A DNA stretch of 55,764 bases. Source: a virus (lineage: Duplodnaviria > Caudoviricetes). The stretch's first letter is position 1; the number at the start of each line of letters is the position of its first letter. Both the position numbers and the translations under genes were made by a program. Location of the stretch: positions 1 to 55,764 of the IMG/VR virus record IMGVR_UViG_3300020201_000022, one strand, 5' to 3'. The notes beneath the pieces were generated by a model that worked only from the letters and a program-made list of their open reading frames with translations, was not told the DNA's origin and did no database searches. Positions 38,812 through 46,523 of the stretch are shown piece by piece.

Positions 38812-39006
38812 ATGGCGAAAATGATACACGATGATTTCGAGGCTTGGATTCGCGATCGGTCCCGTGGCTGCATGGAGCCGTGCGAAATTGACGAGCTGTG
38901 TAAGGGTGATTTGGATTTTGAATCTGGCGACTACACGTTTCGCGATCTGGCTGTACAAGGACAGTGGGAGGCATGGCAGGCCGCAATTGAGAGCGCTCGC
39001 AGGTAG
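38812..39006 (+). CDS. Cassette gene, small phage-type protein
   Basis: FEAW...G.Y....Q..WEAWQAA; GAGG RBS. Confidence 0.65.
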   Translation: MAKMIHDDFEAWIRDRSRGCMEPCEIDELCKGDLDFESGDYTFRDLAVQGQWEAWQAAIESARR

Positions 39007-39013
39007 AGTCAGA

Positions 39014-39097
39014 GAACGCTCGCATTGAAAACGCGGGCGACGAAATATTGGACCACACCGATAGACCTGATTCGCACGCGTTTTCAATGCGTTGTTA
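39014..39097 (-). mobile_element. attC-like site 2
   Basis: GAAC gct cgcattgaaaacgcg...cgcgttttcaatgcg tt GTTA; 84 bp; no clear extrahelical base. Confidence 0.75.
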
Positions 39098-39134
39098 CCG
39101 CGTCGGAAAACTATTTCGGGAAATACGCAAACAT

Positions 39135-39178
39135 TTCGTAGCTACGCTATTGATTCGTAGCTACGCTACCGATACAAT
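39135..39178 (+). promoter_or_regulatory. sigma70-like promoter with overlapping 15-bp direct repeats
   Basis: TTGATT (39150)-17 bp-TACAAT (39173); ttcgtagctacgcta at 39135 and 39154. Confidence 0.7.
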
Positions 39179-39227
39179 TAGGTATCGCAACAACGCGACG
39201 CAGTGAAACGCCAAACGGGAAAAGACG

Positions 39228-39602
39228 ATGACCACAACAAGCAGGATCTTGACTGATGGACGAAAGCTCGAAATCGAATCAGCGAACCGCTCCGTGAAGG
39301 AATGGAGAGTTTCGATCGACGGTAATTGTGTTGGTGAGGTAAATGGGGTTTACGCTTTCAATGAAAGCCAAATGCCCGTAAGGGATGGCGTGCGTTTTAC
39401 GCACTTCGTGAAGTTCGCTCATGATTCCTCTTTCTGCCTGCCAATTACCTCTAGCGAGTGGTCGCAACTCGAACCGCAGTGGGAAGCCGGGGGAATCGTT
39501 GACGAGGGCGCACGCAAGACCCGACCAGCAGATGCAATGCGGGCAGGTGCTCGCCGAGAATCCTTAATGGAATTCAACGATGAAAATGTGGAGTGCGGTT
39601 GA
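39228..39602 (+). CDS. Cassette gene, hypothetical
   Basis: 124 aa, downstream of the cassette promoter. Confidence 0.65.
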   Translation: MTTTSRILTDGRKLEIESANRSVKEWRVSIDGNCVGEVNGVYAFNESQMPVRDGVRFTHFVKFAHDSSFCLPITSSEWSQLEPQWEAGGIVDEGARKTRPADAMRAGARRESLMEFNDENVECG

Positions 39603-39793
39603 TGCCACGTCATAGCCTCGGCACAAAAGCCCCCAGCGGCGCAAGCCGCGTTATCCGCTGCAAAATCAGTGAAGCGGAAGAGCATGCGGCGAAAGCCGCT
39701 GTGAATGAAGGCGAAAGCCTGAGTGAGCTAATTCGGATCGCGTTAGCTCGTGAAGTCAAACGCCGCGAAAAGGCTGCAAGTCGATCGCGGTAA
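39602..39793 (+). CDS. Ribbon-helix-helix/CopG-like regulator
   Basis: IRCKIS.AE...A...GESLSELIR.AL; TGATG coupling; stop overlaps attC3. Confidence 0.7.
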   Translation: MPRHSLGTKAPSGASRVIRCKISEAEEHAAKAAVNEGESLSELIRIALAREVKRREKAASRSR

Positions 39794-39876
39794 CGTCAGC
39801 AATAATCCGCGTCGGGAGGCGCGACTATGACCAAACCAAAAGACACCAATCCCGACTCGGATTCATTGCGTTGTTC
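39791..39876 (-). mobile_element. attC-like site 3 (identical core to attC6)
   Basis: TAAC gtca gcaat-aatccg...cggatt-C-attgc gtt GTTC; 86 bp. Confidence 0.9.
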
Positions 39877-40147
39877 GTCAGCGAATTACGCTGACGGCAC
39901 ACCAATAACTCCAGAGTGGTTGGACTCGATATTCACGAGCGAAACGATGAACGGACATTCCCTACTGATCGACGGCTATGGCGATCTAATCGAATTGTAT
40001 CTTGCAGAAGATATTGACAAGCCGGGCGTTTATCGTGCGTCAATGATGCAGAGCGAGCCAGCGGACCTTATTGCGATTACTGGTCGCGTTTTCGTTACGC
40101 GCGGAAGCGTGCATTTGCTATTGAATGCGTTGGGGCATTTCGTCTGA
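39827..40147 (+). CDS. Cassette gene starting inside attC3
   Basis: GGAGG RBS and ATG lie in the attC loop. Confidence 0.7.
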   Translation: MTKPKDTNPDSDSLRCSSANYADGTPITPEWLDSIFTSETMNGHSLLIDGYGDLIELYLAEDIDKPGVYRASMMQSEPADLIAITGRVFVTRGSVHLLLNALGHFV

Positions 40148-40148
40148 C

Positions 40149-40232
40149 GAACGTTGAATTCATTTGGTTCGCGGGTTTGAGTTCGCCCCGCACAAACCAA
40201 CGTAATGCGAACTCAAATGCAATTATTTGTTC
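40149..40232 (-). mobile_element. attC-like site 4
   Basis: GAAC gttg aatt-catttg-gttcgc...gcgaac-T-caaatg-C-aatt attt GTTC; 84 bp. Confidence 0.9.
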
Positions 40233-40252
40233 GTCGTTTCGGGAGTGCAGGC

Positions 40253-41140
40253 ATGGCAGAGAATAGCAAGATAGAGTGGACCGACCACACGTTTAATCCT
40301 TGGATGGGTTGCACAAAAGTTAGCCCTGCGTGCAAGAATTGTTACGCCGAACGCGATATGGATCACCGCTACGGCAAGGTTCAGTGGGGGCCAAACGGAA
40401 CGCGAGTAAAAACAAGCGTTGATAATTGGAGGAAGCCATTGCGATGGAATCGCGACGCACAAGAAAAGGGGGTTCGCTATCGCGTCTTTTGCGCATCACT
40501 TGCGGATGTGTTTGAGGATTGGGATGGACCCATGTTGACACATACCGGAGAGCAATACGAATTGACGATGGCAGGCGTTCGGCGCGAGTTGTTTCAGTTG
40601 ATCGACAACACGCCAAATCTCGATTGGTTACTGTTGACCAAGCGACCTGAAAACATCACAGAGCTATGGGTCGGTGGAACACGGTCGAACGTCTGGCTCG
40701 GAACGTCGATCGAGAATCAAGAGTGGGCCGATAAGCGATTGCCGCATTTGCATCACGTCAAGCGACAAGGGTTTGTCAACACAACATTCGTTTCAGCAGA
40801 ACCTTTGGTCGGGCCAATCATGTTGAAAGGTGAGCAAGACGGTTTGACGTACAACCACCTTGGACGCATGGGAATCGATTGGGTCATCACTGGTGGCGAA
40901 AGCGGACCGGACGCAAGGCCATGCAAGCCAGAATGGTTCCAGTCGCTACGCGACCAATGCGTAGCAGCGGGAACGGCGTTCCATTTCAAGCAGTGGGGCG
41001 AATTCGACGCAGAGGAAAAGCGAGTCGGAAAAAAGAACGCTGGCCGTCTTCTTGACGGTCGGACTCATGACGGTCTACCGATCGTTGCGGTTGGCGGGCT
41101 GAAAAGTATTTCGCACAAAATGGCCGAAATTGATAAATAG
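40253..41140 (+). CDS. Phage Gp37/Gp68 (DUF5131) radical-SAM-like protein
   Basis: SKIEWTDHTFNPW.GC.KVSP.C.NCYA, LLTKRP, WVI.GGESG, FKQWG. Confidence 0.9.
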   Translation: MAENSKIEWTDHTFNPWMGCTKVSPACKNCYAERDMDHRYGKVQWGPNGTRVKTSVDNWRKPLRWNRDAQEKGVRYRVFCASLADVFEDWDGPMLTHTGEQYELTMAGVRRELFQLIDNTPNLDWLLLTKRPENITELWVGGTRSNVWLGTSIENQEWADKRLPHLHHVKRQGFVNTTFVSAEPLVGPIMLKGEQDGLTYNHLGRMGIDWVITGGESGPDARPCKPEWFQSLRDQCVAAGTAFHFKQWGEFDAEEKRVGKKNAGRLLDGRTHDGLPIVAVGGLKSISHKMAEIDK

Positions 41141-41174
41141 CACTTGCTTATTCGGCCAATGTGGCCGATACTAT
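41121..41174 (+). promoter_or_regulatory. Putative promoter with TCGGCCA/TGGCCGA operator repeats
   Basis: TTGCTT 41144, GATACT/TACTAT 41167-41174; inverted repeat 41152-41168 plus a copy at 41121. Confidence 0.55.
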
Positions 41175-41225
41175 AGGCATGGCGAGTGAGGGTCACCCGC
41201 CGAAAACAAAAATTGGAGAACAAAC

Positions 41226-41540
41226 ATGAGCAAGACAGTACGAGTGATCGGCGACACAAAAGCAATCAAAGAAACACTCAAGAAGCACGGCTTTTTGTGG
41301 AACGCAGAAAAGTCGCGATGGCATAAATCGGTGAGCGACACGCAAGCTGAGCAACTGCTGAACGCAGACACACAGGACGCAACGCTGGCTGCGTTCCAGT
41401 GGAAATATCGAGGGTGCCAAGTGTCGGTGGGCGACACAGTGGTTTTCACGAGCAAGAAATTTGCGACTCTGGCTTCTGATGGCCAGTCGGACCCCGACGC
41501 TTTGGATGCAGATGGGCAGCCAAGATGGATGAGCTATTAA
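41226..41540 (+). CDS. Cassette gene, DUF5710-like
   Basis: GDT..IKE.LK..GF.WN.EK..W.K. Confidence 0.65.
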   Translation: MSKTVRVIGDTKAIKETLKKHGFLWNAEKSRWHKSVSDTQAEQLLNADTQDATLAAFQWKYRGCQVSVGDTVVFTSKKFATLASDGQSDPDALDADGQPRWMSY

Positions 41541-41752
41541 TGATTGATCCAACGAAGTACGGCACGATCACTGAGACGGCTCAGGCCGCCGGGATCGGTC
41601 GCGGTGGATTGCGTCACGCAATTGATCGCGGCGAGATCACGCAAACCGTCGAAACAATCGGTGGCACAACGCTGGTGAGTGTGGCGGCTGCGTTGCGTTG
41701 GTCAAAAAACCGGCCACCGCGAGGGCCAAAGCGGCAGGACAAATCCGCATAA
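41540..41752 (+). CDS. Small HTH protein (near-identical inverted copy at 55540-55752)
   Basis: TITETAQAAGIGR..LR.AI.RG; stop overlaps attC5. Confidence 0.75.
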   Translation: MIDPTKYGTITETAQAAGIGRGGLRHAIDRGEITQTVETIGGTTLVSVAAALRWSKNRPPRGPKRQDKSA

Positions 41753-41834
41753 CGTTTTGATTCATCGAGCAACGGAAAGTAAACAATGACTACAAAAAAC
41801 GCTCAACCCGTTGCTTCGATGCAATCAATTGTTC
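41750..41834 (-). mobile_element. attC-like site 5
   Basis: TAAC gttt tgatt-catcga-gcaacgg...ccgttgc-T-tcgatg-C-aatca att GTTC; 85 bp. Confidence 0.9.
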
Positions 41835-42223
41835 GTCGTCTCCCTAATGCGGTAAAGCAGACGACGCCAACCAATTGTTTCCAAGCATGTGTTGCAACAG
41901 TGCTTGGCGTGCCGATTGAAGACGTGCCCGAAGCGTGTGATGGTGCCAAGTGGGATTGGGATGCGTTCCAAGACTGGCTGGCGTTGCGAGGGCTGCAAGC
42001 GATTGAAGTCGGATTCGGAAATGGTGGAACCATTTACCCAGTGCGTCATCCGGTGTTGTGCATTGTCACCGGAAGATCGCCGCGAGAATGCACAACAGGC
42101 CGTCACGCGGTCGTAGGCGAATTACTAGGGCTGGAAGGATTCCGATTGCTGCATGATCCGCATCCGTCTGATGTGTGGATTGACGGCGAGCCAACGCACG
42201 CTGTGTTTTTTGTTTCGATTTGA
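41786..42223 (+). CDS. Cassette gene, papain/C39-like Cys-His-Asp protein, starting inside attC5
   Basis: Q....NCFQACVA..L, HAVV, HDPHP. Confidence 0.65.
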   Translation: MTTKNAQPVASMQSIVRRLPNAVKQTTPTNCFQACVATVLGVPIEDVPEACDGAKWDWDAFQDWLALRGLQAIEVGFGNGGTIYPVRHPVLCIVTGRSPRECTTGRHAVVGELLGLEGFRLLHDPHPSDVWIDGEPTHAVFFVSI

Positions 42224-42230
42224 GTACGAC

Positions 42231-42316
42231 GAACGTCAGCAATAATCCGCGTCGGGAGGCGCGACTATGACCAAACCAAAAGACACCAATCCCGACTCGG
42301 ATTCATTGCGTTGTTC
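42231..42316 (-). mobile_element. attC-like site 6
   Basis: Same sequence as attC3 from AAC to GTTC. Confidence 0.9.
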
Positions 42317-42500
42317 TGTCGCTACGCCAGTCGGGGTTGTGCCGTGCAAGGTCGGGACGCAACCGTGGCTGGTCGTGGTAAACAGAAGACGCAAAACAAT
42401 TAAGGTCGGCGACGTTATTTTAATACGCGAGGCCGGCGTAGGACACAAATGGATTCGCGTTCGTGTCGAGAATCTCGAACCTTTGCGAGTTAGTCGATAG
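42267..42500 (+). CDS. Cassette gene starting inside attC6
   Basis: Shares MTKPKDTNPDSDSLRCS with the 39827 ORF, then unrelated. Confidence 0.65.
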   Translation: MTKPKDTNPDSDSLRCSVATPVGVVPCKVGTQPWLVVVNRRRKTIKVGDVILIREAGVGHKWIRVRVENLEPLRVSR

Positions 42501-42583
42501 AACGATTACAATCACCGGGAACGCGGTGACAAACTAACCATTTCAAAAGACTTCGCCGCGTTCTCCGGTGCATTGTCTTGTTC
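42500..42583 (-). mobile_element. attC-like site 7
   Basis: Minus strand reads GAACAAGACAAT-G-CACCGG-A-GAACGCGG...CCGCGTTC-CCGGTG-ATTGTAATCGTTC; 84 bp. Confidence 0.9.
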
Positions 42584-42609
42584 TAACGCCAGAGTTTACG
42601 GAAACGAAA

Positions 42610-43029
42610 ATGATTCGCGAAATACTAAAAGAAGCGGCTGATTTATTTAAGAAGCTAGAAGAGGCAGAGTACGCAGAAAAGCTTACTAAGTCCTACGAGG
42701 TCGGCAAAAATAATGCAGTGGAGTTGCCGTTCGCTCCCGGAGATACCGTGTATCAATACGGAATTGGAGATCATGAATTTTCGGAGTATCGCGTTGAAGC
42801 GGAAAATAGATTGCATTGGTGTCGTACACGATACCGCTGGGCCGATCAGGACGACATCGAGACGCTCGCATTGACGAAGGCTGAAGCCGCGACGAAGTTT
42901 GCCGTTTGGCTTGGGACTGCCAGCCAGGAAGATAAAGACGAAGCCGCAAAAGGCATTGCGGAATCGCTTGATTACCACCGGAAGAACCTTGCGGATTACG
43001 AACTTATTAGCGCGGCTATTGGTCGTTAG
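42610..43029 (+). CDS. Cassette gene, hypothetical
   Basis: VELPF.PGDTVY phage-type motif; stop overlaps the attI-like site. Confidence 0.65.
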   Translation: MIREILKEAADLFKKLEEAEYAEKLTKSYEVGKNNAVELPFAPGDTVYQYGIGDHEFSEYRVEAENRLHWCRTRYRWADQDDIETLALTKAEAATKFAVWLGTASQEDKDEAAKGIAESLDYHRKNLADYELISAAIGR

Positions 43030-43062
43030 AACAACTTATTATGACGCTACGCGCAGAATAAT
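43029..43062 (-). mobile_element. attI-like array end site
   Basis: AACAACTTATT-N10-GCGCA-GAATAA, conserved at 55511-55541; not a full palindrome. Confidence 0.6.
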
Positions 43063-43173
43063 TCTCGAGGCAGTGCCGTTGATATCGACGCAGATTGCGA
43101 ACCCTCAGTTGCGAGTTTTTGCGGGTTAGAAAACTCGATTTATTAGTGATCGAAAACGGATAGGTAAAACAGC

Positions 43174-43989
43174 ATGAAGCGGGACGCTTTTACACACCCC
43201 AAAACGCTCGACTTGGCATCGCGATTAGACATTAGCCGCGCTCACGCGATCGGTATCCTGGCGCTACTCTGCGACTTCACGGCGACCTACGCTCCGCAGG
43301 GTGACATCGGTAAACATCGCGATGGTGCGATAGCTCGCGGGTGTGACTGGGTAGGTAATCCAGGGGAATTTATTCAAGCCCTACTGGACTCCGGGTGGTT
43401 GGACCTAGACCCCTCACATAGACTGGTTGTGCACGATTGGGAAGACCATTGCGAGCAGTGGGTTAGACTCAAATTGGCTAAACTGAAACTAGCCTTTATA
43501 GTGGTAAAATCCTCAGCAGAGCCTATTGCAGAGCCTATTGCAGAGCGCTCAGCAGAAGCCAGCGCCTCGCGTGACCTATCCTATCCTATCCTATCCCCTC
43601 CTAGCCTAGCCAAGCCTTCACCCTCCTCTACCCTCCTATCCTCAGCAGTGCCGACTAGATCGATGGACGAGGACGAGGGAATTTTGAAAGTTGATTTTGA
43701 TGATTGCTTACGATCGTGCTTGCGGTTGAGCAAGGCGTGTCTTGCACGATCGCACAAGCTGTCAGCCGACGAAATCTGGAAGCTCGTCTGGATGGCGATG
43801 GCGCTGGGGCAGGATGGCCTCATCGCGGAAGTAGCTACGAAGATTCACAACCGAGAAGTCACGAAGCCCAAAGCGTATATCGACGCGTCATTGCGAAAGG
43901 CGTGTATCGAGCGAAACACCGATATGCTTCGTGTCGCAAGGTGCGCACCCGAAAGACCGAAACCAATTACGGCCAACGCGGATATTTAA
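43174..43989 (+). CDS. Phage replication initiator with internal iteron-like repeats
   Basis: HPKT..LA..L....A.G.L..L, L..SGWLD...VHDW..H; gcagagcctatt and cctat repeats at 43516-43595. Confidence 0.75.
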   Translation: MKRDAFTHPKTLDLASRLDISRAHAIGILALLCDFTATYAPQGDIGKHRDGAIARGCDWVGNPGEFIQALLDSGWLDLDPSHRLVVHDWEDHCEQWVRLKLAKLKLAFIVVKSSAEPIAEPIAERSAEASASRDLSYPILSPPSLAKPSPSSTLLSSAVPTRSMDEDEGILKVDFDDCLRSCLRLSKACLARSHKLSADEIWKLVWMAMALGQDGLIAEVATKIHNREVTKPKAYIDASLRKACIERNTDMLRVARCAPERPKPITANADI

Positions 43990-44006
43990 CCTGGAAGGAA
44001 TCGAAA

Positions 44007-44528
44007 ATTAAAGAAATAACATTTACTGTGATAGGTAGACCGCAACAGCGAGGCTCAAAGAAGGTCGGCTTAATTCCGCAAGGGTCGAACGGATTTTTGA
44101 TGAAGAACGGCAGGCCGGTTGTGGTTGCTCGCGATGCTAACGAAAACAGCAAAGCCTGGATGGACTCGGTTAAGCTCGCAGCGTACGACGCCTATCGAGG
44201 CGAGTTGCTTATGGGTCCGGTCGAAATGCTTGTAAGGTTTTATTTCAAGCGACCCAACAGCCACTACGGGACCGGCAAGAACGTGATACAGCTCAAGGCC
44301 TCCGCACCGATGTATCACTCGCAATCACCGGACCTGGACAAGTTGGTCCGTTGCTTGGGCGATGCGCTGACGGGTGTGGTCTACGTCGATGATCGCCAAG
44401 TGTGCAGGACGTTGAGCCAGCGAGAATGGACGACGACCACCGAACGCGCGGAAGTCACGATTCGCGAGTTGTTCAGCTCGCCGATCGATCAGCCAAAACC
44501 CGAACAGCTTGGCTTACCCCTCACTTAG
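44007..44528 (+). CDS. rusA: RusA-family Holliday junction resolvase (probable ATT start)
   Basis: F.V.G.P...GSK, FYF.RP.SH, PDLDKL.R...DALTG....DD.QV. Confidence 0.85.
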   Translation: MKEITFTVIGRPQQRGSKKVGLIPQGSNGFLMKNGRPVVVARDANENSKAWMDSVKLAAYDAYRGELLMGPVEMLVRFYFKRPNSHYGTGKNVIQLKASAPMYHSQSPDLDKLVRCLGDALTGVVYVDDRQVCRTLSQREWTTTTERAEVTIRELFSSPIDQPKPEQLGLPLT

Positions 44529-44541
44529 CGGTTGAAGCTTT

Positions 44542-44579
44542 TGAATCTTTTGAACATCCTGAACATCCTGAACGCATTC
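44542..44579 (+). promoter_or_regulatory. Second copy of the 9-bp-periodic motif, upstream of the lysis-position operon
   Basis: Matches 7860-7897. Confidence 0.55.
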
Positions 44580-44694
44580 CGTCGCCTTGGTGCTTTACAC
44601 CGGCTCGAAGTTGCTGCAAGCTCGCTAAGTGCCACCAGACGCCCGCTAACGAGCGTAAAACTTTTAGCCCGACATTTGCCGAAGGAATCACCAA

Positions 44695-45534
44695 ATGCGT
44701 TCTCCGTCGATCCTCACCGCTGCAATCGCGTGCCTGCTGTCGAGCAGCGCGTTCGGCCAGATTTTCCCGAATGCGTTTTGGAATGCTCCCGCGAAAGTTA
44801 GTTCATCCTGCCCTGGTGGGGTTTGCCCGACGGGTGTGACAACTGCAAATACCGCGCCGGGTCACTGGAGTTACCCAGGCTCAATCGATTCGCATCTCGA
44901 AGGAACCCACGGCGTTTCGACGGCGGGCATGAGCTTTCAGCAAAAACGGAACCTGCATGATTCGCTCCACGAAAGCCCGATGTCGGATCAGTTCAGGCAA
45001 TATCCGGCAGTTTCAAAATCCACCAGCTACGGTTCGGCGGGCTCCTCAGTGCGCGGCTACGGCTCAAGCGGATCTTCGTTCGGTCGCGACTACGACGGCG
45101 CTGTGATCACCTCGGTTGGCCCACCTTTGGCACCACCACTGCCTCAAGCGGCAGTAAACGACGTTTCGGCGCTCAAGGTCGGCGATAGGGTCGCTTTCAG
45201 GCGTGCGTTGCTCGATGCCGGTCGCAAAGCCAGGGATTGCGGGGATATTACTTCGCTCGAATTTTTCATGCTTTCCGCGTCGAGTCGCAACCCTAGAACG
45301 CTCGAGAAAATGCAAGCGGCTGTACACGAAGCAGCGATCGAAGAAGGCCTTGCAACGACTCAGGCGATCAACTGGGACGGGTTGATTGAGTTCATCGAGA
45401 AGCTTATTCCGATCATTATTAAGTTGATTGATTTGTTTTCAATGAGTCAACCTATGCAATCGTTCGATTTTGTGCCCGTCCAGCAGTATGCATACAGCCC
45501 ACCGTTGCAGGATTGCTTCGCGTCGGCGGTCTAG
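44695..45534 (+). CDS. Secreted protein with CPGGVC motif and C-terminal amphipathic helix
   Basis: Signal peptide ending SSAFG; INWDGLIEFIEKLIPIIIKLIDLF. Confidence 0.7.
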   Translation: MRSPSILTAAIACLLSSSAFGQIFPNAFWNAPAKVSSSCPGGVCPTGVTTANTAPGHWSYPGSIDSHLEGTHGVSTAGMSFQQKRNLHDSLHESPMSDQFRQYPAVSKSTSYGSAGSSVRGYGSSGSSFGRDYDGAVITSVGPPLAPPLPQAAVNDVSALKVGDRVAFRRALLDAGRKARDCGDITSLEFFMLSASSRNPRTLEKMQAAVHEAAIEEGLATTQAINWDGLIEFIEKLIPIIIKLIDLFSMSQPMQSFDFVPVQQYAYSPPLQDCFASAV

Positions 45535-45572
45535 TCTCTGCGTTCGAACCTGTCGGCTGGAGCAATCAGATA

Positions 45573-46523
45573 ATGGACGACGAAAATAGATTCCATTTGC
45601 CACCGGATTTATTCATTGACGAATCGCAAGTCTTCCCACTGTCGGACGAGTTGCCGAAGGGTGCCTGGCACATTACCGCGAAGCTGCGCGAGCTGCACAA
45701 TCGCAAGGTCGACGGAGCCAACGTCATCGTTGCAGTCAACGATACGGCCGGTCAAGCCGATCACCCGTTCCTGCCAAAGCAACTGGCCGGCAAAGACTTC
45801 ACCAACTCACGCTATGGACTGCGCGACACACATGGGCACGGAACGCATTGCCAAGGAATCGTCATCAGTGTCGCTCCAAAGGCGAGTCTTGTAACCGCGA
45901 AAGTGCTCGGCGACTCCGGCAGTGGTTCAACGACTGGGATCAATGCAGGACGAGTGTGGGCAGCGCAGCAAGGCGCGGATGTGATCAGCGAATCACTCGG
46001 AGACGGCGGCGGACCACCACTCGCGGCAGACCTTGCGGCCTACGATCAAGCCTACGCAGCCGGTGCATCAATTTGCGTAGCAGCATTAGGCAACGCTGGC
46101 TACAACGGTCGTTCCACCATCGGGCGACCTGGTTCTTACTCGACTCGCAATCACGGCATCGCGGCTATCGGATCCGATTGGCGTACGATCGCGGGTTTCT
46201 CCAGTGGTGGGCCTCAAGCTCGCTTCGCCGCTCCCGGCGCTGGAATCATCAGTTGTCGACCTGGTGCCGGTTGGGTCACGATGAGCGGTACGTCGATGGC
46301 GACTCCGTGGCAAGCTGGCCTTTACGCGTTGCTGATCGGCTATCGCCGTGGCATCGGATTGCCCGACTTGAAAGGGCCTGAAGAATGGTCCGACTGGTTC
46401 GTTACCGAGAAGCTGACCGTCGATCTCGGTGCGCCTGGCTGGGATCCGAGATATGGCAACGGCCTGGTCGACGTGAACAAGGTTGCTGATTATCTTCTGG
46501 AGCGCACAACACAAAATGTTTAA
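45573..46523 (+). CDS. Subtilisin-like S8 serine peptidase
   Basis: VAVNDT, HGHGTHC, AALGN, FSS.GP, SGTSMATP, YGNG. Confidence 0.92.
   Translation: MDDENRFHLPPDLFIDESQVFPLSDELPKGAWHITAKLRELHNRKVDGANVIVAVNDTAGQADHPFLPKQLAGKDFTNSRYGLRDTHGHGTHCQGIVISVAPKASLVTAKVLGDSGSGSTTGINAGRVWAAQQGADVISESLGDGGGPPLAADLAAYDQAYAAGASICVAALGNAGYNGRSTIGRPGSYSTRNHGIAAIGSDWRTIAGFSSGGPQARFAAPGAGIISCRPGAGWVTMSGTSMATPWQAGLYALLIGYRRGIGLPDLKGPEEWSDWFVTEKLTVDLGAPGWDPRYGNGLVDVNKVADYLLERTTQNV

Noticed and set aside
38708-42583. Palindromes as intrinsic terminators
   Set aside because: No U tracts; constant 84-86 bp length, AAC/GTT ends and extrahelical bases fit attC.
43704-44006. N-terminal extension of RusA in the ORF track
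   Set aside because: Overlaps the rep gene in another frame; RusA similarity starts near 44007.
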